The position numbers and the translations under genes are program-made. A DNA stretch of 64,000 nucleotides, taken from NCBI GenBank assembly GCA_030141605.1, contig JAQGDQ010000100.1:434001-498000 (forward strand), read 5' to 3'. This document shows positions 1 to 20,700 of this stretch, piece by piece; within the stretch, counting starts at the first letter, position 1; the number at the start of each line of letters is the position of its first letter. Below the pieces are notes generated by a model. That model did no database searches. It was not told the DNA's origin and was given only the letters and a program-made list of their open reading frames with translations. The stretch is from Tubiluchus corallicola. Lineage: Eukaryota > Animalia > Priapulida.

Positions 1-706
1 TAATTTTTTTGGTTATCTGTATTACAAAATACAAATACTGTAAGTGTCACAAAAGTATTGTAAGCATTGTATCGACATTTCATTATATTGTGAGAATTGC
101 GAAAGCTGTCAGGTTAGAAGTGAAATTAAAGTTTTTGTCTGGTTTTTCCAACTGCGACAGGATTCATTGATAAAGAAAGCACAAGCTGTATTGTATCATG
201 GCAATTGTAGTTCATGATATATATAGTAACTGTAAAATGAAATGTAATTTGTCCGATTTTAACTTAAAAAATCTAAGTGCAATAAGAAAATCTGTGTTAC
301 GAAGATTCAGTTATTTCTTTACTGAACTCTGAACATAGAGTGTAAGCTTATTGTGGTAAACTATAAAATGAACTGTATGGCTGTATGTCATGTATGTGTA
401 AACATACACGGCTTCTTGCTATGTCATAAGGCATTTTAGCTCATAATATTGCCCAGATTCGTATTACATGCCCTTATTATTATTATATCACGTCACCTGT
501 CACCTATAAGATGTTTTAAATAACACAGCCATTAGCATGCAAACTAACTGTTCTTATTGTTAATATTGTTAAAATGGCACTGCAGTTTGGTAGGTTTTAT
601 TGTATTAAGTTTATTGTATCAGGGAGATGATGAAGTGATGCACTGATGGATGTAAATACGACACTTGTATGTAATTACTATTTTATCTTCCTATGCTACC
701 TTTCAG

Positions 707-837
707 ATGGTGCTAAGACCTCATGGTATTCTTTACTGTCTTCGTTTCTGTGCCTCTTTTTGAAATTCGAAGCCCGTATCGAGGGATTTTTGCTTATGGC
801 AATTGTCTCTGTGTTTATAGGCCATATGTATTTATAA
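707..837 (+). CDS. Possible terminal coding exon of a gene starting upstream of the window (hydrophobic C-terminus)
   Basis: Pyrimidine-rich acceptor ctacctttcag|AT at 705-706, followed by an open frame (D)GAKTSWYSLLSSFLCLFLKFEARIEGFLLMAIVSVFIGHMYL* and about 3 kb of T/G-rich UTR-like sequence. No recognised homology. Confidence 0.25.
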
Positions 838-1090
838 TCTCTGTGTAATGTTCCTTGCATTCAAAGGTGTGGTATTGCAGAAGTTAAATTTCATTCACTG
901 GATATTTAAAATACGTCTGCCATTACTTTATAGTGCTGTGGGCATAATACCTTATTCAGTATTGTCTTTTCAAGTATAAGATAGCATAGTGTTAACAGGA
1001 TATCGTGATGGTCTATTGATTCTGAAAAAAATCGAGTTAGTTTACTGTTGCTGGTGGTATGAGGCTTAACCTTGATGATAGATAGCCAAA

Positions 1091-1175
1091 GGAGATTGCT
1101 GAGTGGTTATGGTGTGTGTTCGCATTTGATAGTTAAGCAGCACCAGGCCTGGTTAGTAAGTGGATGAGTGACACT
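1091..1175 (+). mobile_element. Degenerate SINE head with 5S rRNA-derived internal promoter segment
   Basis: AGTTAAGCAGCACCAGGCCTGGTTAGTAAGTGGATGAGTGAC resembles the 5S box A/intermediate/box C region; it is preceded by a tRNA A-box-like TGCTGAGTGGTT. Confidence 0.5.
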
Positions 1176-3091
1176 ACATATGCTATTATTCCACATATGT
1201 TGCATAGCCAATGTCATCGCCAATCCTGAAACATGTTTGTATCCAGTTAACTTCTTTACTTTGATTAATGATTTTAATTAATTTATGATTTGGTGTGCAT
1301 TTGTTTTCAAATGTTTCCTCATTTGTTGTGTGGACTAAAAATTTTGGTGTGGTAGTTGTAGATTTTTTATTTAAATGTATGTATGTCATCATTGAAAGAA
1401 TGCTCAGTCTGGATTAAAGAAAGGTTTCGCAAAATAACGATGGCAAAATTTGTCTGATGTCAAGGATGTCGTTTGTTTGTTATTATGTGTTCCACTTGCT
1501 TCTGGTCCTTGGTCAGTGTTTGGAAATGGTTGGCAAGCCGTTTTACTCAGTATCGTGTCATTTTGGGAATCAAAGTAATTTCAGTTAGAGTCTTGACCTC
1601 TGTTACGCTTTAATTTCCATCCCTAGGCTTTCTGAAATAAGTTCTAAAGTACTATTGTATGACTGTTTGACATTTTAAACTCAGGGACTGCCTTGTACTT
1701 TTACTTGAATGTCAAATGCCTCTTGCAAGCCACCTAGCATAATTATTACTTTTTGTTGGGATAATTAAGTCCACTGATTGGAATAATTAGCACCAATTTC
1801 AAGAGTGGTAACCAATATAATGTCAGGACAATGACTGGTTTAAACACACGACCGAAAACCCATTTTGATGTTAAAAGTGTTGGAATGTGTGAACTGTGAC
1901 TGGTCACAATGCCACAAATTTTTAAAATTTGCACAATTTTGTTTGCACATCCTGGCTACCAAAGTGTCAGCTTGAAGCAGGCTTGCTAGAGTTTGCTTGG
2001 ACTTCTCTTCATACTGTTTTGATTCTATCTTATTCATGGACAGCGGAATAGCCTGTAAATGTTATTTTTTGCAACTTAATAATAATTGTAATAAAAATTT
2101 GTCTGTTATGATTATTGCTAAATTATGCGAGTGAAAAAATTTGAACAGTGTTTTTATAGATGCATTTTCTGTAGTTAAATGGTGATTGTATAATGACATT
2201 TATTGTTTATAGATGCTCAATATAATGCGATGCTGTTTGGCATTAATTATTTATAGTGCAATATGATGTGGGATGCATATAACTTTTTGCTGGGTCATGG
2301 TGCTTGACACCAAAGCATAAGTTGTGCAGCATATAGAAAAACGACATAATTTGGCTACAAAGTTTCTTACATGCTACTTGCTCATTTTAGTGAGAAGATT
2401 TTTTTAATAGGCATGTATTGAGAATTTTTTTGTGTTTCTACTACAATACATAGTTGATTTGCTGCGTATTTTGTACAACCCATGCATTTTGTTAGGTTAT
2501 AATGTTTTAGCTTTTTAACAGAGTATGAAATGAATTACATAATACTAACGCATTATATTAAAGGCTTTATTTAGAAGGAAATTGAATGTTGAATTATTCT
2601 TTGGTTTTTAGATTAATTGAAAATTAGACTTGATGGTGCAAATTAAACAAAAACAAAATTGTAACTTTTATAGTAATAGTAAATTTTGTGTCCTTTCATT
2701 TTAAGTAATTTATATGTGTTTATTATAAATTCTGCTCATCTGTTAATGTGCCACAGCAGTTGTTCTAATGCATATATCATTTTGCTGATTTTGTAAAATG
2801 TGCTAGATGTAGGCATGTAGCTAGGTAGGCACTTATATCTGTGAATTGCAATCACTGTTTTTATGTCTAATTATATTGCCAACAAGAGTAATTTTGTATA
2901 ATTAATAGACATCTTGTATCATATATAGGTAACGGATTGATCAAGTACTGCACATTAAACAATGGTGTTTACAAATGCAGCATAATTCGTGTGTAAATTA
3001 TAAATTTATTCTATAGCACTTTATAGTAACATACACACACTGTACAAATTGTGAGCACATCAGTCATAGTATAACTATTTATTCTTTTAGA

Positions 3092-3320
3092 GCTGATATT
3101 CATTCATTATTCACAGTGATGCTATACTGAGTGTTAACTGCAGTTGGGTTTTTGGGCACTGTGTAGTTTATGCCATCATTCTAGAGTGTATTTGTACATA
3201 CGTGCTGATATTCATTCATTATTCACAGTGCTGCTACTAGGCATTAATTGCAATATTACAGTATTGGGCTTTTTGTCACAGTGTAGTTTTTTGCCAACAT
3301 TGTAGAGTATTTGTACATAC
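3092..3320. repeat. Diverged ~112-bp tandem duplication
   Basis: GCTGATATTCATTCATTATTCACAGTG...TATTTGTACATAC at 3092-3201 and again at 3204-3320. Confidence 0.85.
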
Positions 3321-4278
3321 TTGTAAAATTAAAATTTAGCATTTCTTTTGCTATTCTGATTAATGCGAGAACCTAGTGAAAGATATGGCAACTTGGTTGA
3401 ACGTAATTAATACCTACTCAGCATACTGATTATTTCTTGCATGCTGTACCAATTTTACTAGCTCTTTTACCATGTAGTTATTGTTTGGTGCTGTATTATT
3501 GCATAGAAGTGTAGGTTTGGGACAAACTCAAAACTAAATCTTTTTTCTGCAGTGGCGTGCTTTACTTTACTGATGTCACTGCAATTGGTAGTCTTGTTTT
3601 GACATTCGTATAACATAGAATAATTTTTCGTTTTGTAATCTAAGCGTTAGTATGTAATCTGTTAGTATTTTTGATTCTCTGTTTCAAAAACCACAATTCC
3701 AAAAACAAAAACAATACAATATAATGGTCTTAATATAATTGCTAAGCATCAGTAGGCTGATCTTTATTAAAATTGGCATTAAACAGTTTTTGAAACTAAA
3801 CTAGATCATTTTATGGCAACAGATTCATTATAAATCCAATAACTTTTGCAAAAAAATTTATATTTAATCAGTTTTGCTACGTTTGAGAATACACACACAA
3901 AGGAAATATCTTCTTAAAAACAGAATAGTCTTAAAAGAGCACCAAAGTCACAGCAACAGCTCACAATAAAGTTATTTGTTCATAGACAAAACAAAGATGC
4001 ACAATGAGATACTGCAATATCAGTGTGGGTACATTAATATTTATTTATATATTATTAACTTATAATGTACATGTTTTGGTAGGTCGAATTAAATATAAAA
4101 TGATCATAAATTAAGTTCATAATCGCTACTCACAGGTGTTCAAAACATTGCAAAGAATGAGATGTTTTACTGAAATACAAAATTACACAAATGAAGGAAA
4201 ATGAGGTTGAAGTAAAAAACATTTTAAGGTTACCTATCCTGACTAGTGACTATATAGAAACTTGCATTTTTATCAGTA

Positions 4279-4765
4279 CAGTGGCCGCCGCTTATTATGG
4301 ACACGGTTATTGTGGACAGCCGGTTATTGTGGACAACTCGCGAGGGACGGAATTTTCCCCTAATAAAATCCGCCGCTTAATATGGACAGCGAACCTATAA
4401 CGTAAGGTCATATAACGTGAACCAGCCGTGCCAACCACGGCCTGCGCGCGTGATTGAAAAGAGCTTCCCGCTCTGCTGCCTGTGTGAGTCATTGCATCAG
4501 TCAGTTCGCCGTTTGCCGTGGCCTTGAGAGCTTCGAAACTGTGATAACTTCCTTCCGTTCAAGGTTGAGAGAAAAGTTTCCTGCCAAACAAACTCGTCTG
4601 ACTTCTTTTTTTCAATAAAACAGGAGACGAGTTGATACAGACAGTTTTTTGCCTTTTTTAATGAAGGGGAAGGGTCTTCATGGGTCACTTCGCTTAATAT
4701 GGACAGCCGCTTAATATGGACATACACTGCTGGCCCGAGGTGTCCACAATAAGCGGCGGCCACTG
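4279..4765. mobile_element. Tc1/mariner-pogo-type MITE (487 bp)
   Basis: 26-bp TIRs CAGTGGCCGCCGCTTATT(A/G)TGGACAC (25/26 identical), TA on both flanks, internal CCGCTTAATATGGACA subrepeats, no ORF. Confidence 0.92.
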
Positions 4766-5863
4766 TACTACACACTGCAGAAAACGCGAGTACACTTGCA
4801 CAACTGAAAGTAGTTTAACCTGCCACAATGAGATTCGCGAAATTTAGCTGTTTAATTTATAATGCCCATGCATAACATAATCAGTTAGTTCTAAAATTAA
4901 TGTAAAACATGCTCCAAACACCATTTTCCTTAAAAATTTCACACAAATATGAGAAATCTAGTAGACACTTCAAATTGTGTTAAGTGAAACATTAATATAT
5001 ATCATGCCTTATACAATGCTACAGTAATAATGATTAATTTGTTAAGTTGATATAGTCTATCAGTTTTTATTCTACTTTGTTATAGAAAACACACTGGAAT
5101 GCAGTCAATCGCACAAAGTTACAGAAATGGAATCGCTGTGTTGTTTTTGTTTAGAGACACCTGTAGCTGTACAAAATAACCAGAATATCCCAAACATTGA
5201 TTATATATTTAGCAGTTACTCTTATTACGTATTTAGTAGTTACTGCTAAAAATGTCAGGATCTGGAACTACCATGATACATCAGGACAATGCTTCTTGAT
5301 CACACACCAGCGAGTATGGCTAGTAGCCCAGTGTTCATTTCTTAAATCATTTTGTAATCAATAGGATGCATGATGCCTGCTTACCACTATCTGACTAATA
5401 TTCTATTAAATACATGTAATTATGTAATTATTGGAATATGATTCACAGACAAAAGTTACAGAAAGTCAACTACCTTTCGTTTAATAAATAAACCTACGTA
5501 TTCGTATGATTTGGTGTCAGTCTTACTAAAAGCTACAGAACTAAAAACAGTCACTTTACAAAAGATATTTTATTGCCCGAGCCTCTTCCCTCAGTAAATT
5601 CTATTTCCGCCATTGAAACATGAAATAACAAATACAAGGACAGACAAATGGCAGTTATAATAATTTTTTTCAGTGGAAAACATGCACATTAAAATACTAT
5701 AATTTTATAAGAACATATTAAAATACTACATTAAATGAGAAGACAAATTAATCATAAAATGAGCTTCGGTTTTACGGACTAGAGATATTCAGATTTTTCA
5801 TGGAGACTAGCCAGTCGAGACCAGTTGTACTGGATAATTCTATTTATCAGTGTCTTTCACTTC

Positions 5864-13454
<7,591 letters not shown>

Positions 13455-14797
13455 GATGGAGTCTGCTATTGTGTGAAAACGTCAATGTGTCACTCAATAA
13501 TAAATAACAAAATTCTTTAAGCTATATAAAAAAATATTGGTCAAACAAACAACAACATATAGCACAACGTTCAGTGGGCGTACAGTGTTCTATTGTTTGA
13601 TGGTAACGGACGCAAAAAATGTTTTTATTTATTTTGATACGCAAAGTGAGTTTTCATACTTTCCCCGCCCAAGGGGACGAAAAGGAGTTGGGAATTAGGA
13701 ACTTCTATATCCCTTCCGATTCCTTTCTTTTTAGACACTGTCGGAGATTGTTGTGCGCCGTTTACCGCACAATAAGATAGTGGGTCTTGCCAATATGCCG
13801 CACGAGCTTGTTGGGCTGGCCCATATAGCGCACAATAACACTTTATCAGAAAATGAACTACAACGAGATACGTGGTTATCAAAATAATGATGCACGTCGG
13901 GTTTCATCCTTGTACATGTCAGGTGTAAAGACCTGCTTGGGTGTACGTAAGCAAATACAAAATGACTTACTCTAGCTAAATATGCCAGATTTTTTTCATT
14001 AAAATGTACAATAATCATGAGGAACGCAGCAACTTTATGGAGATGATAGAAAAGTGTCATGTTGCAGAAACTCCCATGGCAGATCATGTGTACAATGTCA
14101 GGATGATGGCAATGGATCCTGCAATATTTGACATGAGAGACAGAAAATAAAGGTGTTTGAATTTCGATGCTAGCACAATATGTACCTATAAGCTCATTAA
14201 TCATAGCTTGGTCAGTCACCTACTTTACTGGAATCGCATGACAACAATAACAGAATCAGCTAAACTCTTTTGGACTAGAGCCCATATACCAGCCATCGGC
14301 TACACATTGAAATGGGACGATTAAGGCATTTACCCAGCCAATCTAGAACCTGTAGTTGCCCAATGACTGATGAGGTACATGATGAATGATGATGCTTATA
14401 ATACTACTTGCATTTCATTATGCCAAAAAAGTTTTTTTTACATGCACCCAATTTATACGTGACGTCACTGATCTAGCAGTAAGGAACATGCCTTGTTACG
14501 GACTAACTTCTTTTATATCTACATTGTAATCTTATTTTAATTTTGTTAGTCATTAAATTACATGCATACGGCTAGAAATAAAAAAGCTTGCCTAAAATTT
14601 TGATTAATAATTTGCAATTTCAGCCCGGAATGAAACTCAGACTCAGTGTTCTACTTTGGTACTATATACTGCTCTTATTTTCCGGATATTCGACGCGTGC
14701 GCAATAGCGTAAATACCGTTTATGGGTTAGCGCGCAAAACGGCGTCAAACAGTAATAAAGTTGTTTTTTCAGATGGCGCAAACTTTGCAAATAAGCG
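13455..14797. promoter_or_regulatory. Divergent (head-to-head) REEP5/PLPBP promoter region
   Basis: Start codons at 13454 (-) and 14798 (+) point away from each other, 1.34 kb apart; locally CpG-richer; palindromic CRE TGACGTCA at 14460-14467. Confidence 0.6.
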
Positions 14798-17700
14798 ATG
14801 TTAAAGTTACCAATGACTAAAATGAGTGAAAATGTTGGGAAATCATTGCGCTTGGTTCTAGAAAAGATCAAAATAGCTTCAGAAGCAAGGCCACAGGTGT
14901 GTAACCGTCACGCTTTGTTATTTCTGTGTGGTTCACAGGCAAACTTACTCAGCGATGTGGCAAAAGACCGGTGGTCATTCACTAAGCTTAATTAAAAGGA
15001 CCCTATAAAGATATAAGTTAAGATTGATCTGTAAACTGCAGAAGACTGGTTATTATTATTAGAAAAGAAAATGTGACATTAAAATAGTAATATCTTATAT
15101 AATGATATTACTGATTATTTTGATGCAGTGATATTAGTGATCCACAAAAATGGATGAAGATTATGTTTCTACCTTGGTGCAAAGCTTGAAGGAATGATAG
15201 ATCTGCACAAAATTTAAACTTTAATTACAGTGTTACCCCAATCTTAATTATTTTATTAACATTTTTTAGCATGTATTTAACTGCTAATTTATGTTCGGTT
15301 GATATCTGTCTATGAAACTATAGAAAGAAAAAGGAAAGATTAAAAAATTGCATGAATTAATATGTTTGTGCCATCACCTTCTGCGCAGCCATAACGTGAC
15401 ATCTGTGACATGATTACCTGTGGCTACCTGGACTGGCTCTAGCTAGTTTAACACCCCAGGGAAAAATATTTTTGGTGCTCCCATTTCAACTGCTTCGCCA
15501 TGGTCCAACTTCACTAGGGAACCCTCCCCAAAAGCAAATTTTTGTTGTAAACAATAAAAAGTTTCGGCATCTTCAATTCATATACATAACTTTGGTTGCA
15601 AGTACTTTATTATCGAATCTTCTTACTGTTCAATGTTCGCCAGCTTTTTACCCTTTTGTCTTCTATATTACGCTCCTGCTCCTGAAGGCCTTGATTTCTT
15701 ACAGCTTTATCTGTTTAAATTAGATAAATGCTATAGCAAGAATCTTTTTTATTAATGGAACAATGTGCTGCTGTTAATGGTTGCTTATACAGGACACACA
15801 CAGTGAGAAAATTATCTACAACAACTTGTCTGAAACACATTTTTCCTCGTCTGTCGGCTCAATTGATTCTGTTTCGGAGAGGTTTTTATTAAACATGCTT
15901 AATTTTCTATCATACGAACTGATCCTGTTCTTGTACAGTATCAAATCTGTCTCAGACAAAATCAGGTCACTCTTGTAAAATGCAATCTTTTTGGTCATGT
16001 GTCATCAAAGTAAGTTGTTCATAACAGTGTGCTTCATACAAAAGCTATCCTGTGCGAGCAAATTTGCCTGGACAAATTGATGCAGACAGATTTTTTTATT
16101 ATGTCCGACTAGTATACATCTCTGGTTTGCTGCTTTATGCTTTATACAGTATAAACTATGGGCAAAAAACAGGGAAATGCGTCAGTGTAGTCTGCCTGAA
16201 ATGATGTGATCTTAGAGTGACAGATAAAGCCAAAAGTAGTTCTAATTTGTTTTGTTGCGGGAAAATAGCTTCATGCTAGTGTGGATTGATCTTACATTTT
16301 GGCATGAAAATAATGAAAGAAATTGTTTCATTTAATCAGTGTTGTGCACTTGAGCATTTACACTTGTACTATGTTGTTATTTATGACAACCTTAAAAATT
16401 AAAGAATTACTTTTACAAAAATACAGCATTTTCTGGTGCACAGTAGCAGTCTTCATTAGGAAATATATGTAGAATGATTTAAAATTCTGAACGAAATAAA
16501 AATATTATGGCAAAATCATGAGTATCTATTAAAATAAAAATCACAGAGGAAGAAAAATGAGAAATGCAGTGTATCATTAGTGATTAATTAAAGAAGCAAT
16601 ATATTTTAAAAGCAAAATGTTCTGTGGAACAAACCCTAATTAGAATATTAGCAAATTAGCTAATTAGCAAAGCCAAGTTAGAATATTTTACAATTAAAGC
16701 AGATACAACTAAGTGCATTTTAGTGATGTTTCTAGCTGGATATCAGATTCTTGCTCTATTAAGCATCAAAGCTGTAGTTAGTTTCTCTGACGTTGATAGC
16801 CAAAACACTTTTGGGTTTTTGTTGGTGTATGTCTTCCTTATGCTTTCTAATTTTGACTTTCTCACTATGACTGCTAATGTGCAGTAGAAACTTCATATAT
16901 TTCAATAAAAGTTTAATAAAACTTATTATGTAACGGGTTGCTTATGAAACAGATATGGTTCTTATGGTTAAAGAATTTAAAAGCTGTACTTAATCACTTC
17001 TAGAATTTGTAGCCCCCAAAATTTTGTGACGTAGGCAATTGTCTAGTTTGCTTAGCGGTAGAGCTGGCCCTGATTATTACTTATGCATGTTTGAAAAAAG
17101 TGACACAGATTGACTAACCAAAAGCACATGTTGCTGTTATTTAAAGCTAATACCATACCATTATTTAAAGATAAAACGGTATCAAGACTTTGTCCTGAAT
17201 GTGGAATGTTCCAAATCTTATACATTTTATTGTTGAGCCTTTCATTTTATTTTTTGCATAGCATATTTTTAATAAAATTTCATTTCTGTTGTCAGTTGTC
17301 GTTTACTTTAAAATTTCAGCAAGTAGTTGGTACAAGATATTTTTTTCTTTTATTGACATATTATATATTTCTTGTAACTTTGTGAAATGAATGCCATTGA
17401 TTGTAGCTGACAGATTATATGAAATTAATTTTTTTTAGGAATTACGAAGAGGATTGCCCCGGTTAGTTGCTGTGACTAAAACCAAACCAAAGCATCTTGT
17501 GAAAGAAGCTTATGAGCATGGACAAAGAAACTTTGGTGAAAACTATGTAAGAAACATGTCTTTGATTAACTTAATATGTGACAGTACTGTGCATCGATTG
17601 GACATAGTCGTTTACTAACATATCAGGTGATTTTGTGTAACCGCCGTATTATTAGGAAGTGACTATTTAGGGCTAAGTTTTTGCAGCACCATGGCACCAC

Positions 17701-20700
17701 AAATGAGTTGGGAAGAAATTCTTGTTATTAGTCCAGTCGAGTTGACAGAAGCAGAGGCAGACAACTTATATTCACCTTTGATACAATTTAAAGTTTCTGA
17801 AGAAGACAATGTAAAACATTTGTTTCATTTGTTCTGTGTTACACAAAAGGTGTTGGAAATTAAAGGTGGAGAAGCTGAAGTTTACATGGATGAACTAGAA
17901 AAAATGGCCGAACAACAAGGACAAGATAGCGCTGAACGAGAAAAAGAACTTTTGAGTGAAATCGAAGAGCTAAAACGTGACATTTTACGATTAGAGGATG
18001 TAAAGGGAGGAGATAAAGATGTCCGATCTCTAAGAAATGATTTACGAGATCTAGAAAGGCAAAATAATTTGTTGCGACAAGAAATACAGGGTGTTGAACG
18101 TGAACTTAATGCTCAGAATCGAAGTGTTGAGCAGCATATAATGAGAGCTGAAAAAGCAGAGACTGAACTACGTGAACTGCGTCTGGACAATGAACAGAAT
18201 AAGGCTTCTGTACTAGAACTGCAGCTTCAACTGGAAACTCAAAGAGAGGCAATATCGTCTAAGCGTGGTGATGACGCTGAAGCTAGAAGTAAAATTCGTG
18301 CTAAAAATAAAGAGTTAAGTGAAGCTCTTGATGAAATTACTAACCTGACGGAAGCAAATGATGAACTTCAGAGCAAGTGCGAAGAAATGAAAAACAAGTT
18401 AGAGGATGCTGTTCGTGAAATGGATAAAATAACAGAAGATTACGTTGCGATAAAATCTGCTTTAGATAATGCAGATTCTAAACATGATCACGTTGTGCAG
18501 GAAAATGAACGGCTTAAGGTGCAGTTGGAAGATTTCAATAAGCAGCAACGTGAAAAAACTGAGGCTGATGATGCTGTGATGATAGCAGTTAATGCCAAAG
18601 TAGATGAGTGGAAGCAGATTCTTAGTAAGAAGGATGACGAAATTGTAGAATGTAAAAGTGAAATATTTCATCTTGAAGAGCGTCTAGCTGCCATGTCAAT
18701 TGATACAGACAGAGAATATATTTCAGTGCTTACAAAGGCTGTTGAAGAAAAGGATAAACTGATTGAAAGTTTGCAGCAGCAATTAAAGGATGCAACAGCG
18801 GAAATGGAATCTAATGCTGCAGCCTTGGAAGATCTGCATCAGCAACTTGAAAGTAAAGCTGGAAGTGTAGGCACTGACAAACAGCAAGAAAAGGTTGTGG
18901 CACTTCGAAGTTCTCTCAAGAAAAATGAAACTCTGATAACAGACTTGAAAACAAGAGTCACTTTGGCTGAAGCAGATGCAGCTGAAAAAGACAAGCAGTT
19001 AACGGAAGCGCTTACTAGAATGCGGCAGTATGAGTCTGGGGAATATGGGTTAGCCGAAGCTGTTTCAGAAATAAAGCAGCATAAAGCTCAAATCACAGTC
19101 AGGGATAGACAAATAGAAGAACTCGTGCAGCACTGCAATAAAATTGAAGTCAAACAGAGTGAACTTTGGGAGGAAAATCAACACTTACGTGAAAAGCAGA
19201 ACTTGGATCCATCAGAACCCTTGGATTTTCACCAGAGCTTGGTGGCCAGAAAGCAACAAGATAGAGTACTTGTACTTGCCTTGGAAAAAGAGTTGGAAAC
19301 TTTAGAAGAAGAGAGAATTAACTTGAAAAAACAAATTCGGCAACTTGTTCAGTTAGCTGGTAAGAGGGTTATGGAGCTAGGTTCAACTTCTGAGGGCCTA
19401 GAAGTGACAATTTCTCATTTGTTGAAGCCTGCCTTAAAAGATATACGTAGTGGGAAATTTGACTCTGTAGCTGTCACACACACAGATGTTTTTAAACAAC
19501 AAGTAGAATCAAAAGTATATCAACAACAAATTAGAGAACTCGAACAGGAAATCACAGATTTAAAGAAAGCTATTACTACTAATAAGCATTTTGAGGAACG
19601 CACACATGAGTTAGAAGAAGAGAACAAGAATTTGGAACAGGGCTTAAGAGAAATACTGGAAGCATTGAAGGAGCATCAGGGTCAGAATTCTAAAGGTAAT
19701 GTGACTACCATTCTCTGTCCCACTTTGGAGAAAGTTTTGTCCTTGCTGGAAGCAAAACTGCAAGCTGAAGCTGGCAATTTAGGATCTCCATTTAAATCAC
19801 AAGCCGATGAATTACGTGGCCGTTGCGAAGAATTGCGGAATGAACTGAGACTTGCACATAATGAAGTATTAAGAATTACAACTGAACGTGATAATGCTCT
19901 AGAAAAAATTTCGGAGCTTCAGATGTACAAAGAAAAAATGCAGCAAAAAGAAATTTATAGCATAAAAGCAAAATTTTTACAATTACCACAAGATTTAGCT
20001 GCTAGTAGCAGTGAAGTTATTAATAACTTAAATGAACATTTAATTGAAACTGTAAATGAATTGCTGTTGAAGCAAAGGACTATTTGCGACATGGAAGAAG
20101 CATTGGAAGAATCTAGGCGCAAATTTGCTGTTGTAGTTCACCAGCAAGGACTTGTATACAAGGATTTTACTTCATCAAAGGAACATTGGGAGCAAGCTAC
20201 ACAGCAATTAGAATCAAGAAACAGTGAGCTGTTGGAAAAGAATGCGATTGCGGAAATAAGAAGTGCAGAATTTGATCGTTTGTTAGATTCTTTAAGTCAG
20301 GATGATGTAGAAGTAAGAAGGCGATTGGCTGAATTAACCCGCAAAGTTACAGTTTTACAAGTCAATGAGAGCAAGCTGTCTCGAAAGTACACAACTATGC
20401 AAGACTTAGAGAAAGTCCTGCGCAAAGAGAATACCAAATTACAGAGTGAAGTTCTTTCAATGGAAACTACAGTAATGAAGCGCCTTGGATATTTACAAAG
20501 ACACAAAGACATGAGTGCGTACAAGATTCGCGGTTTGCAACAAGCTTTGGAAAGGAGTGTTCCTGAAGATGAGCTAATACTGGCTAACAAGCATTTCACT
20601 GAGTTGACAGAAAAATACAGGGATGTTTTGCAGAAAGTGAACACGTTGGTAGACAAAACTGAAACTACATCTAAATTAGAGATTGAATTAAATTCCTTAA

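Noticed and set aside
1840-2052. Minus-strand 65-aa ORF preceded by a TTTACAG acceptor
   Set aside because: No recognisable homology or partner exons; its phase does not match the open REEP5 donor in that frame.
15427-17072. Single hAT MITE in PLPBP intron 1
   Set aside because: The right end looks hAT-like (CAGGGCCAGCTCTA on the minus strand), but the left end is poor and no TSD matches; boundaries cannot be supported.
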